Origin: Octopus sinensis
Lineage: Eukaryota
Assembly: GCF_006345805.1 (NCBI RefSeq)
Contig: NC_043011.1
Span: 38,204,464-38,268,463 of the forward strand
Reading direction: 5' to 3'
DNA length: 64,000 nt
The position numbers were made by a program, and so were the translations under genes. The notes beneath the pieces were generated by a model. That model was not told the DNA's origin and made no database searches. It was given only the letters and a program-made list of their open reading frames with translations. Position 1 is the first letter of the stretch. Every line of letters begins with the position of its first letter. Positions 53,115 to 64,000 of this stretch are shown here, piece by piece.

Positions 53115-53301
53115 TTTTTTCTTTTATTCTTTTTATTTTTTATTCTATTTCTTTTTTTCATTTTTTTTTGTTCTTTTCTTCCCTTTTACGATCCCTCTTG
53201 ATCGAAAACCTACGCCACCCATTTTTTCATCCCCCAAAAGAAAAGCTCTACCTTGTAACTTGTCCCATCTGTGTGCAGCCCTGTGTGACCAATAAAGAAA
53301 C

Positions 53302-53351
<50 letters not shown>

Positions 53352-54015
53352 CTATCTATCTATCTATCTATCTATCTATTTATCTCTCTATCTGTCTATC
53401 TATCTTTCCTTCTTTCTCCCATCCCTTTTCTTCCTTTCTTTTACATAGTGGCCGAGCGATATGTAGATTACACTAAAGATCAGTTACACACGCACACACA
53501 CACACACACACAAAAACACACACATACACACACTCACACACACACACACACATACATACATTTACACACATGCCTACACAAGTATGTTCATAAACTAATA
53601 CGTTCACTAACTCCTACATGCATATTTGCGTATGCATTGTAACAAAAACGCACCGAAAAACCCATCACTCACACACATTCATACACACACACACACACAT
53701 ACAAACACACATAGACACACATGCACGCACAAGCACACGCACACAACTACCCATATATTGACCTATAATAACCCCCACACACACACACACACTAACACAC
53801 CCAACAGTTTCCATACGCATACACTAAAACACACACCCAAACATGCACATATATATATATATAAATGTATATACATATATACATATATTTGTGTATATAT
53901 ATGTACGTATGTGTGTATATATGTATATATATATATATTTATAAATATATATGAATAAATATATATATATACATATATATGTATGTATGTATACATATAT
54001 ATACATATATATATG

Positions 54016-54074
<59 letters not shown>

Positions 54075-54285
54075 ATATACATATATGTACATATATGTAT
54101 GCAGGTATGTATGTATGTACATGCATAATTTAATCACTATGACGTTCCCAATTCCCACTTAGAATTCATTTATTATTGAATTAATCTATTAAATTTAATT
54201 TAATTTTTTATTTTTTATTGACTGTCTTACTGATTGTTGATTATTTTCCACACTCATATTGCTGATGTGTGTACTGTTGTAGTTT

Positions 54286-54322
<37 letters not shown>

Positions 54323-56000
54323 GTGGCAGCGATAGTGGGTATAGTGATGTACCTTACTTGATCGTAGCGGTACTGTTTATTGTAGGTTAAGTGGTGCAAA
54401 CGAGAGTTGGTAATAGCGTAGCTAGCGTTAGATGTCATATTACGGTGGTGGTTTTGGTGATGGTAGTGTTCGTCGTCGTCGTGGTTTTGGTGGTAGTGGT
54501 GTTGGTGGTGATGGTGACAATCCTGTTGCTGCTGCTGATTGTTGTTGTTGTTAAGCAACAAGACGGTTAAGGCTGATTAGGTGATGATCTAGGTCTTAGT
54601 GGCGGGAGACAGGCATTCAAAAATATGGTGTAGTGTGAAAATGTTTGAACAAGACGAGCTAATATAGTTTGGAGGGGAAATTAAACAATAAGACAGCCAG
54701 TAAGGGAATATGAACTTGGATGAACTCTATCTTTTCGTATATTTTGTAGCCGAATCTTCCTATCTGGTAATGGACCTAAATTTCACGTAAGAGCTCACAA
54801 TAGGGCACTTCCAATTGATTACAAAACATACCTATTACTTTGCCCTAATCTATGGTGACATGACCTGCAACTCTCAATGCGGTCTAAAGAAACATTTGAG
54901 GATTAATCAAGATCAGAAACTGCAACTAGTTCAAGCAGCACCAAAACTAGTGTACGATTTCTGAGGCGGTCCATCTAAAACTAAGCTTGAGCTAAAAACT
55001 CACATAAGGTGTCATGCTAGAAATAAATATTGTGTACACTAAGATGATCAAGCATTGTATTAGGTAGACAACAATCCTATCTCACTTTCTCTCTCTCACT
55101 CTTCCTCTCTCTCCCTCGCTGTCTATCTCTCTCTCTCTCTCTCTCACTTTTCCTCTCTCTCCCTCGCTGTCTGTCTGTCTCTCTCTCTCTCTCCCTCTCT
55201 CTCTCTCTACATAGATCGTAAAGAGAAAATCAAAATGTGCAACACGATATCAAGAAATCATGCGGTACAACCGTTTCAAGCGGTTCCATTTAATTAAACA
55301 ATACAATCATTACATTAATTTAAATGCAACGCTATCACGAGCTTCACAAATAAATAATCAGTCGGACGCATTAATATAATTTTAATCAGTCGGACGAATT
55401 AAAATAATTTTACTCAAATTATGTAACAGCTCTAAAATGGAAGAAATCCATGCTGTCGCTATTGTAGCTAAGAATATACTTCCAAGAAATGCCTGAAGCT
55501 TACTGAGGTCATAGTTTGCAAAAGTATTGTGGTTCATTTTTAATTTATCAGTATTTTTATCAACTACTAAATCTAAGACTAGAGGATTGTATCTGTTTAG
55601 AATGAGGAGCAAGAGTGAGTTGTCAGCTCATGGCTAGGTATGGCCATAAATATTGTCAAGATTTTAGGAGTAGTAAATTGGGTATAAAGTATCTGTCTAT
55701 AAAGGAGGCTGGGTAGTGGAAGACCCCAATCATGATGTTAATTATCATTTAAAGGGGCAAGATGCTAATAAAATCTGCGATGTTAATACAGTATGGTGTT
55801 AATTCATGTAATGATTGCATTGTTCAATTACAAGGAGCCGCTAGAAACGGTTGTACTGCATCACTTCTTGGTATCCTGATGTATATTTTGATCTTATTGG
55901 ACTTCGAGCTGTGCCGATAATACCGGACTGATTGGTACTTCAACTTAAGTACTAATTCAACTGAATCTCAGTTATTTCTTATATATACCTACCTACCTAC

Positions 56001-56099
<99 letters not shown>

Positions 56100-56100
56100 G

Positions 56101-56200
56101 CGCAGACGTGGCTGTGTGGTAAGAAGGTTGCTTAACAAGTTCATGGTTCCGGGCTCAGTCCCACTACGTGGCACCTTCGGTAAGTGACTCCTACTATAGT
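56101..56200 (+). mobile_element. CORE-type SINE, 5' part only
   Basis: GCAGACGTGGCTGTGTGGTAAG...CACCTTCGGTAAGTGACTCCTACTATAG, then an abrupt junction with the fold-back element. Confidence 0.75.
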
Positions 56201-56205
56201 CTCTT

Positions 56206-56809
56206 CAAAACTCCGTATACTTGTAGAATGTGTCACAATAAAACATTTTTTTTCTCTTGGCTTTCTTGAGAAATTTGTAATTTGTTTGTTTAACGTAGTT
56301 TAATTTTTCGAATTTTAACCAATCCTATGTTCTCTTTTGAGCTAAAATCATTTGCTGCGTCTAAAACTGAGACAACAACCTGTAACTAACCCTAAACCTC
56401 CCCCCTGCCCCTAACCCTAACCCCAATTTTTTTTTCTTAATTGTTAAATTAATTTAATTGTTACGCGTGTAAAAAAAAACCCAAAGCAATGGAATTAAAT
56501 TAATTTAACAATTAAGAAAAAAAATTAGGGTTAGGGTTAGGGTTAGGGGGGAGGTTTAGGTTTAGTTACAGGATGTTGTCTCCGTTTTAGATGCAGCAAA
56601 TGATTTTAGTTGAATGGAGGTAATCGATTGGTTAAAATTGCCGAAATGCTCGAATTTTCAGACGAAATATCTTACAAACTATAGAATCTTCTCAATAAAA
56701 CCAAGAGAAAATGATGTTTTATAAACACATTCTACCAGTGTACGAAGTTTAAAAGTGTTTAGTTAACTAGAAATTGTGTTGACATCTGCCGTTCAAAAGG
56801 AAAAGATCC
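56206..56809. mobile_element. Fold-back member of the TTAGGG-bearing TIR family (long inverted arms ~56206-56461 and ~56493-56750)
   Basis: The right end CTGCCGTTCAAAAGGAAAAGATCC matches the 32107 TIR. CCCTAA repeats lie in the left arm and (TTAGGG)3TTAGGGGGG at 56525-56551 in the right arm. The left terminus is missing. Confidence 0.75.
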
Positions 56810-56969
56810 AAGATTTTCAAACCAATAAACCTTTCTGTATATTCTTGATAAATAAACCCAGTATGTCCTTCCTTTCTTATAAATACCAATATATGATTCT
56901 GCAAAATCCTGGCTATTGTCTCAATAGTGGTTCTTTCAGAAAACAGATGTGTGTGTGCGCGTGAGTGTG

Positions 56970-57000
<31 letters not shown>

Positions 57001-57707
57001 GTGTTTCTTTTACTTCTTATGATATCATATTAATTGATATTTCAGTATGTGTGATGTTTTAAAGCGATGTAAATATTTTAGGTCCAAAAATAGGTTTTAT
57101 TATTATATTTTTCCTAGCGTTTTATATTGACTAAATTTTTTTTTTTTTTGTTTTTTCATTATTTGATTTCCGAATTCTGCAACACAAGGAATATTTAATT
57201 TTAATATTTCATGAAACAAACTATCATATTTTTTTTTTTTTTTTTTTTTTTTTCATTTAAAAATTAGCAACGGAGAAGAGTGAATAGTAGTTACTCAGCG
57301 AAGGTCGGTCGCTTATGGTGACTTTCAATCCCAGCAGTTTTTGTGCGTTACTGCAAACAATTGCGGCATTGTTGTTTACAATACCAGAGAGAGATATTCA
57401 ACAGTTGAAGCAATTATTGCCAACTCAAATCAAATTGAAGTCAATTTTCAACAGTATTGTACATTGTGCAGAAACAACGGTTTTTCAGAACAGACCTTCC
57501 AGGCAAATCCTTTCCTTTTGTTTATATAGGAACACGAATTAACATTTAAGAATACCCAATAGCGTTTATAGGAAATGACAAAATGGAAAAACGCACGCAA
57601 ACCCTCCTCTGCTCACACACACACATATAAACATATACACATACGTGTATATATATATATAGATATATATATATATATATAATAATATATATATATATAT
57701 ATGTATG

Positions 57708-57738
<31 letters not shown>

Positions 57739-58067
57739 TGTGTGTGTGTGTGTTATGTGTGTGTGTGTGTGTGTGTACATACATACATATATATATATAC
57801 ATAAACACACAAATGTATATATAGAAACATATACATATATATATAAACATATATATAAATATTGATATACACATGCATATATATACATATATGCATACAC
57901 GTATATACATACATACACATATATATATATATATTATATGTGTGTGTGTGTGCGTGTGTGTATATATATATGCATATATATATATACATACGTATGCATA
58001 TATTTTTACATATACTTCTCTATATCCAATTATATATGCATCTCCCCTTTCTATCTCTCTCTCTCTC

Positions 58068-58130
<63 letters not shown>

Positions 58131-58161
58131 TATATATATATATATATATACATATACATGT

Positions 58162-58226
<65 letters not shown>

Positions 58227-58515
58227 GAGATACATACATACATACATACCATACATACATACATACATACATACATACATACATACGCATACACATATAC
58301 AATCACATAAACTCACGGATCTGTATCAAACATAAATATGCAACATTTAAATTCTAAATTCCTGTTTCTTGAAAGGTAAATGAAATTCTGTTTTGCTTTT
58401 ATACGTATGCATTTGTAAATAAAATATGTACGTGAAGTATTATTTAAGTATTTTTTCTTCAATATGCCAAGAGAGACATTATGCAGAATATATGAATGAA
58501 TACATGTGAAAATAC

Positions 58516-58616
<101 letters not shown>

Positions 58617-59329
58617 ACCGTAGGGTTATCTCAGAGGGGGAAAGATTAATCATATATAAAAAGCTCTTTCTAACAAACCTGTGTATATGTATGTGTTGAA
58701 TGATATGTACGTATATGCAAGCAGGAGTTTCACTTAAATATATATGTATGAAGGAAAGTGCATGTATGGAATGTTACAAAATTATGCATTCCTATATGTA
58801 TACATACACTCTTGTACGTATACTAAGATGTGAAGAAACAGAAACAAATACTATTTATATAAATGGAACCGAAGAACACACTTTGTCAATTTGAATAACA
58901 TGATATACAATTCAGAAATAACTGACTCACTAAAATGAGAACTGGAGGCGAAAACAACGCAAGAATGTATACATTTTACATTGACAGAATATATGTTCGT
59001 TGCCTAAGACTAAATAAATATTTATATATGTATTCCATATAAATGCTTTAGTATTATTGTCATTATTGTTGTTGTTGTTTTTGTAGCTGCTTTTGCTAGT
59101 TTTTTGCTGCTACTGTTGTTGTTGTTGTTGTTGCTGCTGTTGTTTTTCCTCTTCTTGTTCGTCAAACGACACGTATTTCACAACGATCCTCTGAGATTGT
59201 TGTTATTTACATTGTTACGCAAAGTCATATATTGTACATTTCTTACCATTATATATATAAACTAACCTGGACCTTAGGTTAATTTGGGATTTCCTTAGTA
59301 AAAAAAATCCACCCCCAATTTTAGTTTAC

Positions 59330-60300
59330 AAAGGGAGATGACGGTGAGGATTGTTCGATCGTTGAAAAGAACACAGTTGTTCACAGAACAGATAAGCGAA
59401 ATTGTAAAAGTCAGTGACAGCAGCAGCGGCTGCAACAACAACAGCAGCAACAATGAGAACAATGAGTAAAACGCACCACCACCAATACTATCACCTGTAC
59501 CATTAATGAATAAAACATGACGATAGAAAACCAGCCACGCAAATCCGTTGTTAACGGTTTCGCTGATGCGATATAGCAATTATGTAAAGACATTTTAATA
59601 AGTCAAAATGAATTTAAAATACAAAATTTGTGTTGAAGAAATAAGGGCGAAATGTGGCATTGAATGTTACTAGATCTATCCAACAAGAAACTAATATGCG
59701 AGCAGTTGTATACAAAACAATTGGTACAAAAAGTAGAAAGGTAGAACGGACAAGACACCAACAGATAGGAAAATGTTTGCAACCAATTTTGGAGGAGCAA
59801 ATCTTATATAGCCAAGGTGACAAAAAAAAGAACTGTCGAAGTGACATCCGTCTCAGAGAAAGAAGCCAAAAATAACTCGGGTTGTCGAACTCATCGTCAT
59901 TCCAGTTACCTCTACACAACAGCAAAAACCTCCCCAAGTCATAACCATCACTGCTTCGGACCACTCAGACAAGTCCTAGAATGAAGGGGACACTGAGGAG
60001 CCAAAATGGCAAACGGTTACCAAACGAAAGGGGAACAAAAACACACCAACAGAAAAAAATAATGGAGAATACAAAACAAATGAGGGAAATGCCTTTAAGC
60101 AAAAATTTTCAAAAACATAAATCCCAACACGAACAAACTTTAAACTACAGCAACAACACTGCTATAAGTATGACAAACAAAACAGTAATGGAATATATGC
60201 AGAATCATACAGCCATCACTCAGAAGAATTTCATCACATCGACAACCAATGTACATACACACGTAAGAATTATACTAATAACATGAATATATTTAGCACT
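59330..60300 (+). mobile_element. Possible decayed LINE ORF1-like region upstream of the Tx1 endonuclease
   Basis: Purine-rich broken frames, an EPKWQTVTKRKG motif, and position just upstream of the ORF2 start. No diagnostic domain. Confidence 0.3.
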
Positions 60301-60469
60301 TTAAATATCGAATAACCTTGATGCAAGTAGAAAATTTTACGAAGACCGTTAATAAAATGTTTCACAAAGAATTGTTCGAGCAAACGATCGCATCTAAACA
60401 AAAACACCTGTGCCCCATCCCTGACAGTAAGTCGCTCTCTTCTCTTCTCTGTCTGCTTCATTGTCCAGC

Positions 60470-61010
60470 ATGGCTTTGCTCAGAATTGATTGTATAAATT
60501 ACGTTGACAGGGGTTTCGTCTTGGAAACAGGGTCACCTACTCAATGATCTCGGGTCACAAAGTTTAGAGGTCGTGGCTGTCAGTGAGATGAGACGCTCCG
60601 ACCAGTGGGCTTTCATGCTGGTTTTCTGTGGATACAAAATTTACTTAGCTCCGTGTCAACTGGAAATAGGGGCGAACAGCAGTGTTTTGCCGGAGAGATC
60701 TAGAACTCAAAATAAGGGCCAACTTCCTGGGAGCAGAAAATAAATTGGTTCTCCTGGATGTACACAGTAACGACAAGGGCGCTTTCAGACTAGTAGCTCT
60801 CTATGTTCCGACAGAGGTAGGACTACCGGATTTCTTCAGACGTCTGGATGTTTTCTTGAGAATATCTCGACCTTTAGTGCTAATGAGTCACTGAAACGCT
60901 AACTTGCAGGCTTGTTTAGATTTTGAAGGGCTAGTTGTTACAAGAGGTGGGTACCGAAACCTCTCAAACCAGCTTAGACGTTTTCAACTGTCTGACACTT
61001 GCGTCGATAT
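60470..61010 (+). mobile_element. Decayed Tx1/L1-type LINE ORF2 N-terminus (AP endonuclease)
   Basis: MALLRIDCIN...GHLLNDLGSQSLEVVAVSE...RRDLELKIRANFLGAENKLVLLDV...AFRLVALYVP...DFFRRLDVFLRISRPLVLMSH*NA (degenerate GDWNA); frameshifted. Confidence 0.8.
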
Positions 61011-61680
61011 ATTCAGCTTATACTTCCTTCAAAATTTCAAGTGTTCAGCCTATATTAGAGACAATTATTATTTTTGTTGCTATTGTTGTTCTCCTTTACA
61101 GTCATGTTGTGTTGGAACTTCTGGAGCCTTACATTCGTAAAAAGCTTGCCACCTGCAGTGTATCGCACCATGCTGTCTGTTATTTTCAACTACCTAATAC
61201 TTTCCTGACGGCACTTGTCGTGCCAAGGAGTCAAACCTTCTACAACAACTCTACAGGGCACTCTAATCCAATTTTCTGTATATTCATTTTGATGTCTTCT
61301 GATATTGTCTCCTAGGAACCAACAATAATTGGTACGGTATCCAACTTGTACATGTCTATTTTTCATATACATTGTTAACATATTTATCGATCAAAGAGGC
61401 ACACAACATCAATTATGGAGCAGAAGTAGTCCTTTTGTGTCTACCACCTCATGATCCAGCTTGCTGTGCTCAAGCACCTGGTCGTTTTGAATTGGGAAAT
61501 TATTCCTGGTGGCGTCTCCTGTTCTCTGTTATTTAACTATCTCTGGAAACCTAAAAGACAATCATCCCTGAAATAAGAATTCATTGGCATTAGTCATACC
61601 ATTTCCTCGTTGTTACTGTAATCCATATACAAGCAACTGGCAGATATGAGCGTATGCATATATGTATATATGTAGGTTTG

Positions 61681-61719
<39 letters not shown>

Positions 61720-61895
61720 TATATATATAATATATATATATATTCATACCGTCTACATACACGTGTACATACAGACAGACAGACAAACACATGCACACAG
61801 ACAACGAACAGACATAAGCACATATTGTGTATATGTGTGTACATGTGTGCATGTATGTATTTCCATGTATGTTTGCTTAGAAAGTTTAAAATACG

Positions 61896-61943
<48 letters not shown>

Positions 61944-62105
61944 TATATATATATATATATATACCAAAATAAAATCAAAAACAAACAATGCACATGCACG
62001 AAATTAAAAAGATAAAATGGCGACAATTTACCCATCGCAACCTGTATATATATATATATATATACATATGATATATATATATATATATATATGTATATGT
62101 GTGTG

Positions 62106-62137
<32 letters not shown>

Positions 62138-62147
62138 CGTATGTATG

Positions 62148-62179
<32 letters not shown>

Positions 62180-62991
62180 CTGTCGACTACATAGTCTAGT
62201 AGGGTCAATTGGGCACCGTCTGTGAGAAAAACACTATGATGCAATTCACTCTGCCAGAAATTTGAAAACGACCTGTTGTACTACTTAACATCCGCACCGG
62301 AAGCTCCAATACGAATATTTCAGAATATTTAGACGTCAATCTGAAGACAGTGCAATCGGAGGACATGTACCGACAGTGATAAAGATAAGACATCCAGTAA
62401 ACATCATGGTGTTTGGAGTGATGACTAGTGATGGCAACGTTATTCTCCCAATCATCTTCCCACACGGCCTCACACTGAATATGGAGTCCTACATCAAGTG
62501 CCTGGAGGAGGCAGTGCTACTCTAGGTCAAGAGGGTGGCTGCAGGAAGACCCTCTCTCTGGCAACAGGACGCTGCATCGTCCCTCACAAGCAGGAAAACC
62601 CATCCATGGCTGTCAGACATTTTCTGTAACCAAATTGCCCTTAATACCTGGCCACTCACACACCAAACTGCAATCTGCTTGATAATTATATGTGCAGCGC
62701 AGATGAGCCAGATACCGACAAAACACCTTGTAACACCAAAGATGAACTGAAAGAAAGGATCATGGCAGAATTCGCTAATTTAAACAGGGAAAACGTCCAG
62801 AAGAGTTGCAGGAAATTCCGACGTCGTCTGGATGCTGTGGTTAAGGCGAATGGTGATCATATTGAACAAATTTACTCTTTAGTATTTAAGATATTTTTAT
62901 GTAATTTTGGTAAATATATATGTTAAATTGAGATGTCAGTGTTATTTTCATTTTTGTGTAATTTAGACGACGGTTTATTCACAGCACCCTG
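62180..62991 (+). mobile_element. DD37D (maT-like) relic, same family and same internal deletion as 8440-9300
   Basis: VNIMVFGVMTSDGNVILPIIFPHGL..NMESYIKCLEEAVL...GRPSLWQQDAA...NTKDELKERIMAEFANLNRENVQKSCRKFRRRLDAVVKANGDHIE. Right TIR ends ...CACAGCACCCTG|TA. Confidence 0.85.
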
Positions 62992-63026
62992 TATATATAT
63001 ATATATTGATTGATTGATTGATAGAT

Positions 63027-63095
<69 letters not shown>

Positions 63096-63173
63096 TAGAT
63101 ATAGATATATACATTCAGACGTACGTACATATATATACACATATATGCATACATATATACATACACACACACC

Positions 63174-63208
<35 letters not shown>

Positions 63209-63259
63209 TATATATTATATATATATTTATTTATTTATATACATATATATATATATATA

Positions 63260-63510
63260 TTATATAAAATCCGTTCTGTACGTCTATGTGTCTGTCTTCT
63301 AGGATCTCGGGCATAAATCTCAAAAAAATTACAAAACTCGATTCCAAGTGAGAATGTGATCGATAAAGCCGTGTAGACGTGCATTTGTACGCGCAAGTAC
63401 ATCAGCTGTTGCGATCGATACTACGCGTACGCGAGAAAAATGCACGTGCAGTTTGCGCAAAAAAGCCAGCTGGCTTGAAATAATGCCACAAAATGCAGTA
63501 TATTTAAGAG
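63260..63510 (+). mobile_element. Possible 5' part of a Helitron-like element
   Basis: TATATAAAATCCGTTCTGTACGTCTATGTGTCTGTC start resembles the 8112 element's 5' end; CpG-rich interior with ACGTGCATTT/AAATGCACGT inverted repeat. No 3' CTAG found. Confidence 0.3.
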
Positions 63511-63756
63511 ACCAAAAAAGTAAGAAGCAAAAGAGATATTTTCTTCAAATTTGGCATGAAGGAAGGAAAGACTATTTGGTTTCTCAAGAAGTTCTTTTCC
63601 TTTGCCTTAACTTCGTTTAACAAAACCAAAAATTTTATTGAAATAAAGGCAGGGTTAATTATTTTTTAATGAAAAGAAAACACTGATTTCTTTTTATTCA
63701 GCAGATATAATTCAGCACCGTCCATCGGATGAGTGGGGGCGTTTTGCTCGTATATA

Positions 63757-64000
63757 TTCTTTTATTCTTTTATTCTTTAACTTGTTTCAGTCATTTGACT
63801 GCGGCCATGCTGGAGCACCACTTTTTTTTTAATCGAGCAACTCGACCCCGGGACTTATACTTTTGTAAACCCAGTACTTATTCTATCGGTCTCTTTTGCC
63901 GAACCGTTAAGTAACGGGGACATAAACACACCAGTATTGGTTGTCAAGCAATGCTAGGGGGACAAACACAGACACACAAACACACACACGCATACATATA
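63757..64000 (-). mobile_element. CORE-type SINE, 3' part (runs off the window)
   Basis: GTTTCAGTCATTTGACTGCGGCCATGCTGGAGCACC is the reverse-complement tail. Confidence 0.85.

Noticed and set aside
54241-54561. Gln/His/Asn-rich 106-aa ORF on the minus strand
   Set aside because: It is built from degenerate (GTT)n/(GTG)n repeats, with no domain or splice support.
55355-55410. 28-bp direct repeat, two copies
   Set aside because: It has only two adjacent units and no spacers; this is a local duplication, not a CRISPR or a satellite.
56525-56551. TTAGGG array as a chromosome end or telomere relic
   Set aside because: It has only about four units and lies inside a TIR element present twice in the window.

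Overview
Eukaryotic, AT-rich, repeat-saturated genomic DNA. It is most likely intronic or intergenic sequence from an octopus (coleoid cephalopod); this is inferred from tRNA-derived SINE families resembling the described octopus OR1/OR2/OK types and from extreme (TA)n/(CA)n/(GATA)n/(TACA)n/(ATT)n microsatellite density. I find no host protein-coding exon, rRNA, true tRNA gene or CRISPR array, and almost all of the supplied ORF track is microsatellite translation. Recognisable content: (1) three abundant SINE families; (2) decayed RTE and Tx1/L1-type LINE fragments; (3) a Penelope-like element (PLE) with a GIY-YIG C-terminus, plus several PLE-like remnants arranged as inverted repeats or palindromes that end in (TA)n; (4) DD37D (maT) and mariner DNA transposon relics, a hAT MITE, a non-autonomous Helitron, and a TIR/fold-back element carrying TTAGGG repeats. 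The most interesting signal is a set of type I hammerhead ribozyme motifs in at least 2, possibly 4, unrelated PLE-like families. One has an intact core (46732-46769, minus strand). Several share an unusual A.A/A.G opposition at the base of stem II and have self-complementary stem III loops that suggest dimeric cleavage. Element boundaries are read by eye and approximate unless a TSD or TIR is given.
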